Positions 60,469-64,000 of a stretch of DNA of 64,000 nt are shown here, one piece after another. Made by a program: the position numbers and the translations under genes. The DNA is from Caldisericales bacterium (GTDB lineage: Bacteria; Caldisericota; Caldisericia; Caldisericales; Caldisericaceae). The stretch covers positions 59,554 through 123,553 of the forward strand of contig WFZA01000049.1 in assembly GCA_015489815.1 (NCBI GenBank). The letters run 5' to 3'. Every line of letters begins with the position of its first letter. Positions within the stretch are counted from its first letter, which is position 1. The notes below the pieces were generated by a model. It saw only the letters and a program-made list of their open reading frames with translations. It searched no databases and had not been told where the DNA came from.

Positions 60469-61686
60469 ATGGTTACTCAGGAATTTATTAAAAAACTCGT
60501 AGTAAAGAACGACAACAAAATCGTCCTTCTCGTAATGGACGGTGTTGGCGGATTGCCTAACGAATTTGAAAAGACCGAAATAGAGTCTGCCTACACGCCA
60601 AATCTTGACGAAGTAGTAAAACACGCAATTACAGGTATTGCAGATCCCGTTTCTATGGGAATTACTCCAGGTTCAGGACCGGGGCATCTCGGTATTTTTG
60701 GATACGATCCGGTAAAGTGGGAAATAGGTAGAGGTGTCCTTTCAGCCTTAGGTATAGGTTTTCCTATAAAAAAGAAGGATGTTGCGGCAAGAGGAAACTT
60801 TGCAACGCTTGATAAAGACGGGAAAATCGTAGACAGACGGGCAGGAAGAATTCCCACCGAACTGTGCAAAAAACTCACCGAAATGATCCAGAACGAAATT
60901 AAAGAAATTGACGGCGTAAAAATATTTATTCGTCCCGTAATGGATTACAGGTTCGTAGTTATCTTGCGCGGCGAGGGACTGTCAGATAAAATAGCAGACA
61001 CCGATCCACAGGTTACGGGCGTTAAACCACTTCCAGCAAAAGCGTTAAGTAAAGAGGCAGAAAAAACAGCAGAAATTTTAAACAAGTTTATCGAAAAAGC
61101 ACACGAAATCATAAAAGACCAACACCCTGCAAACGGTTTGCTGCTCAGAGGATTCGCTGAATATCCCGACATTCCAACGATGGAAGAGGTATATGGATTG
61201 CATCCTGCCGCAATTGCAACTTATCCAATGTACAAAGGTCTTGCAAAACTCGTAGGCATGGACATTTTAGATGTGCCAGGAATGGAAATAACAGACGAAC
61301 TTAAAGTCCTTAAAGAAAATTACGATAAGTACGACTTTTTCTACTTCCATGTAAAGAAAACTGACTCTTACGGAGAGGACGGCAACTTCGAAGCAAAAGT
61401 GCACTTAATAGAAGAAGTGGACAAAACTATCGTTCCCGAGATTCTAAAACTGAAACCTACCGTGTTTGCAATAACGGGTGACCACTCTACTCCTGCAAAA
61501 ATGAAACAGCACAGCTTCCACGGTGTACCGTTTGTGCTTTACTCTGAAAACGCAAGGCCAGACAGAGCAGAGTACTTCTCCGAAAGAGAAATTGGCACAA
61601 AAGGCGGGCTTGGCAGGTTTGAAGCAAAAAACGAGATTATCCTTATGCTTGCCCACGCAATGAAACTCAAAAAATTCGGAGCATAA
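60469..61686 (+). CDS. apgM: Cofactor-independent phosphoglycerate mutase, archaeal-type
   Basis: ~405 aa; LVMDGVGG...ITGDHSTPAKMKQHSFHGVPFVLY. Confidence 0.85.
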   Translation: MVTQEFIKKLVVKNDNKIVLLVMDGVGGLPNEFEKTEIESAYTPNLDEVVKHAITGIADPVSMGITPGSGPGHLGIFGYDPVKWEIGRGVLSALGIGFPIKKKDVAARGNFATLDKDGKIVDRRAGRIPTELCKKLTEMIQNEIKEIDGVKIFIRPVMDYRFVVILRGEGLSDKIADTDPQVTGVKPLPAKALSKEAEKTAEILNKFIEKAHEIIKDQHPANGLLLRGFAEYPDIPTMEEVYGLHPAAIATYPMYKGLAKLVGMDILDVPGMEITDELKVLKENYDKYDFFYFHVKKTDSYGEDGNFEAKVHLIEEVDKTIVPEILKLKPTVFAITGDHSTPAKMKQHSFHGVPFVLYSENARPDRAEYFSEREIGTKGGLGRFEAKNEIILMLAHAMKLKKFGA

Positions 61687-61692
61687 AAAGTA

Positions 61693-62448
61693 ATGCAAAT
61701 TGCTCTTTTACTAATAGGTGACGAAATACTTAACGGTGAAAGAGAAGATCTGAATGCACATTACCTTATTAAGAAGTTCGGAGAGAAAAACCAAAAACTC
61801 TCCGAACTTCTCGTCGTTCCGGACGAAATAGAAAAAATCAAATCTGGGATTTTATACTTAACAAAAGGAAACGACTTTATTATTACTTCTGGAGGATTGG
61901 GGCTTACACCAGACGACAAGACGCTTGAAGCAATTGCCTCCGCTCTAAACCTCGACATTACAAAAGATGCAGAAGTTAAAACACTTATAACAAACAGTCT
62001 TGAAAGATTAAAAGTTAAAGTTAAGCCATTCATTATAGAAGAATTTAGTAGAAGAATAGATAACGCTGATGTGTTTCCAAATGAAGTAGGCGTCGCTCCC
62101 TGCCAGCATATTACATTTCAAAGTCGTTCTATTTTCGTATTACCAGGAGTGCCCAGCGAATTCCGTTACTTTATAAATAGTGTAGTTATGAAATACATAG
62201 AGAAAGTAGACAAAGAGAGAACTGAAACATTCCTCGTAAACGGAAGGGAATCAGACTTTGCAGACATATTGCAAAAAATAGAAAAGGAATTCTCCGTTAA
62301 AACCGCCTCTTATCCTCCAGTAGAAATTGGCGAAAATTATGTAAAAGTAAAAATTACAGGGAGAGAAGATCTCGAGCCTGCTGTTAAACTGTTTACTTCT
62401 TTGTTAAAGAAAAGAGGTATAGAAATTGAAAAGAGAGTTTCCACATAA
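61693..62448 (+). CDS. CinA N-terminal / MoaB-MogA-like molybdopterin-binding-fold protein
   Basis: IALLLIGDEILNGEREDLNAHYL...FIITSGGLGLTPDDKT. Confidence 0.7.
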   Translation: MQIALLLIGDEILNGEREDLNAHYLIKKFGEKNQKLSELLVVPDEIEKIKSGILYLTKGNDFIITSGGLGLTPDDKTLEAIASALNLDITKDAEVKTLITNSLERLKVKVKPFIIEEFSRRIDNADVFPNEVGVAPCQHITFQSRSIFVLPGVPSEFRYFINSVVMKYIEKVDKERTETFLVNGRESDFADILQKIEKEFSVKTASYPPVEIGENYVKVKITGREDLEPAVKLFTSLLKKRGIEIEKRVST

Positions 62449-62890
62449 TCCAATTGTAGCGGTAGGAGGTGTAATTCTTAAAAACGAAAAAGTTCTGCTC
62501 GTAAAAAGGCAAAACCCGCCAGATAAAAGTATGTGGAGCATTCCTGGTGGTGCAGTAGAACTCGGCGAAGCGCTTTCTGAGGCAGTTCAAAGAGAGATAA
62601 ATGAAGAGTGTGGAATAAAAGTAGATAACGGACAGATAATTGCAGTAATAGATAAAATTTACTCTGCAAAATCAGGCGTCCTGTATCACTACGAAATTGT
62701 AGACTTTGAATTTAAAGATTTTATCGGAACTCCGCATCCAGGAAGTGATGCGTTGGATATAAGATTTTTTACATTCAACGAAGCTTTAAATTGTAAAACT
62801 GTTGCAACAAGCGTAAAAGAACTAATCGAAAAAATTTACATACACTCCATAGCAAAAAAATCACCGTTGTATCTTACATATAAAATATAA
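62426..62890 (+). CDS. NUDIX hydrolase
   Basis: Nudix box GGAVELGEALSEAVQREINEECGI. Confidence 0.8.
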   Translation: MKREFPHNPIVAVGGVILKNEKVLLVKRQNPPDKSMWSIPGGAVELGEALSEAVQREINEECGIKVDNGQIIAVIDKIYSAKSGVLYHYEIVDFEFKDFIGTPHPGSDALDIRFFTFNEALNCKTVATSVKELIEKIYIHSIAKKSPLYLTYKI

Positions 62891-63269
62891 AAAATAATTT
62901 ATTGCTCACGCCTCAATCTTTTGCACAGCAAAAAACGAGAGGAAATTTTTAGGTAAACAGTTTACTCTATGCACAGCCATTTACACAATTCAAAAATTAT
63001 TTATCAAATATCCAAATATATGGCACTTTGAAGCATAGTAGAAGAAAAGTAAAAACACAAATTCTAACATGTCAATCACATAAAGAAGTAAAAAGTAGAA
63101 TAAAGGCAGTAAATATGAAGTTTACACTCGAAATTGGCCTTTTCTTACGCATACGAACAATTTTTTCGCTTTTTGGTTGAATTTTGTCTATTTTTGACAC
63201 TTAAGAAACCCTTTATTTATGCAGGTTTCTATTTTCGATAATTTACTCAAATTGATAATTTCGAAGTGA

Positions 63270-63455
63270 TTTTTAAGAAATACTGATAAATACAGGCTAT
63301 ATTGCAATTTTCGTATGCCCTAAAATAAGGCATTTTAAGCGGTTTTGGAGGTATATTTACCCGATTTTCCTCAAGATTTGCCTCTACGGGCATTTAAATG
63401 GCATATTTTGAATTAGCCTTGATAAATACAGGGTTTGTTAAGGTTAATTTTCTGC
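63270..63455 (-). repeat. Copy B (inverted) of the ~170-bp intergenic repeat element
   Basis: Its reverse complement aligns to 39170..39345 at ~90% identity. It includes both CCTGTATTTATCA direct repeats and the CATTTAAATG palindrome. Confidence 0.6.
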
Positions 63456-63603
63456 AATAAGGTATTCTTTAGGGAAGGTGTTTTTTATTATTTTTGCCAG
63501 AATAAAATCTCCTCTTCTTCTAATAATCTTTAGTTACTTTTGCGAAGAATCTTATTCTTTCCTCTCATCCTCGAGTGAGCGTCAGCGAGCGAAGGATCTT
63601 ACA

Positions 63604-63640
63604 TTAGAAAGGACACAAAGTTTCCTTTCTAACTTTTCTT
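63604..63640 (+). terminator. Perfect 10-bp hairpin TTAGAAAGGA-9-TCCTTTCTAA followed by CTTTTCTT
   Basis: Seen directly. No upstream gene can be assigned, so its function is unclear. Confidence 0.3.
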
Positions 63641-63867
63641 CCTGTGGAGGAATAAAGTGAATTAGGTAGTTGATTTTGTTAAAAAGTAATTTTGCAAGGA
63701 AAAAAGGTAAAATCGTTAGCTGCATTTTCCCAAATGTAGGATTATTAAGGCAGAGATTCTTCGCTGTGCTCAGAGTAACAAATCTAAAATATTTTTTGTT
63801 AAGGCATAGATATTTCACCGACGATTCTTAGTTAAAAGATAAATACTACATTTGTAAAATTCCCTTG

Positions 63868-63900
63868 TTAAAAATAAATCCCCCGCTTTCTCAGCGGGGG
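63868..63900 (-). terminator. Intrinsic terminator for a minus-strand transcript entering from beyond the window end
   Basis: CCCCCGCT-ttctc-AGCGGGGG is followed on the minus strand by ATTTATTTTTAA. Confidence 0.45.
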
Positions 63901-64000
63901 ACCGAGGAGTGAATAAGGAAAGCGGTCACAGATCTGCTTTTTTAGGTAATTTGTACAGCACATCGTCATAAGGTGTACGGTACAATTTTGACTTTAATAG

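Noticed and set aside
39170-63455. Possibility that the inverted repeats delimit a prophage or genomic island
   Set aside because: The intervening 24 kb encodes core functions (tmk, mfd, pth, ppiC, apgM and others) with no integrase, phage or conjugation genes. The repeats are more likely members of a dispersed intergenic repeat family.

Overview
The window is a 64-kb chromosomal segment from an AT-rich (roughly 35-40% GC), probably thermophilic, Firmicutes-like bacterium. It has Bacillus-type long SRP RNA, a thrS-infC-rpmI-rplT operon, GerMN, and copper-amine-oxidase N-terminal 'stalk' domains on surface proteins. The content is mostly housekeeping. In order: dprA (partial), an FMN riboswitch plus a RibU-like ECF S-component, rplT/rpmI/infC/thrS preceded by tRNA-Val, a sugar ABC transporter, Nif3, tRNA-Arg, a DNA-repair cluster (exo-DinG-like, mutS2, polX), pheST, ispE, crcB with DUF190, and a 1051-aa repeat-rich surface protein. 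Then follows a Fur-family regulated operon encoding two Gly/Arg/Tyr-rich low-complexity proteins (one with an RnfB-type Fe-S motif), a NifX-like protein and a radical-SAM enzyme. After that come an MFS transporter, a PLD-like protein, a BNR surface protein and dapF-murA-wecB-tagO-upp-glyA. A ~1.5-kb ORF-free AT-rich region follows, containing a repeat element and a Bacillus-type SRP RNA. The remainder is PEGA, tmk, R3H-ATPase, deoxynucleoside kinase, DUF885, PpiC/SurA-like chaperones, lipoate ligase, a phosphatase-MazG fusion, mfd, pth, SPFH, GerMN, an amidohydrolase, a divergent DnaB-like ATPase, apgM, CinA-N, NUDIX, and a second ORF-free region carrying an inverted copy of the repeat. The most unusual loci are the Fur/low-complexity/NifX-like/radical-SAM operon and the paired ~170-bp inverted repeats in two large noncoding stretches. 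Coordinates I derived by hand (RNAs, hairpins, alternative starts) may be off by 1-2 nt.
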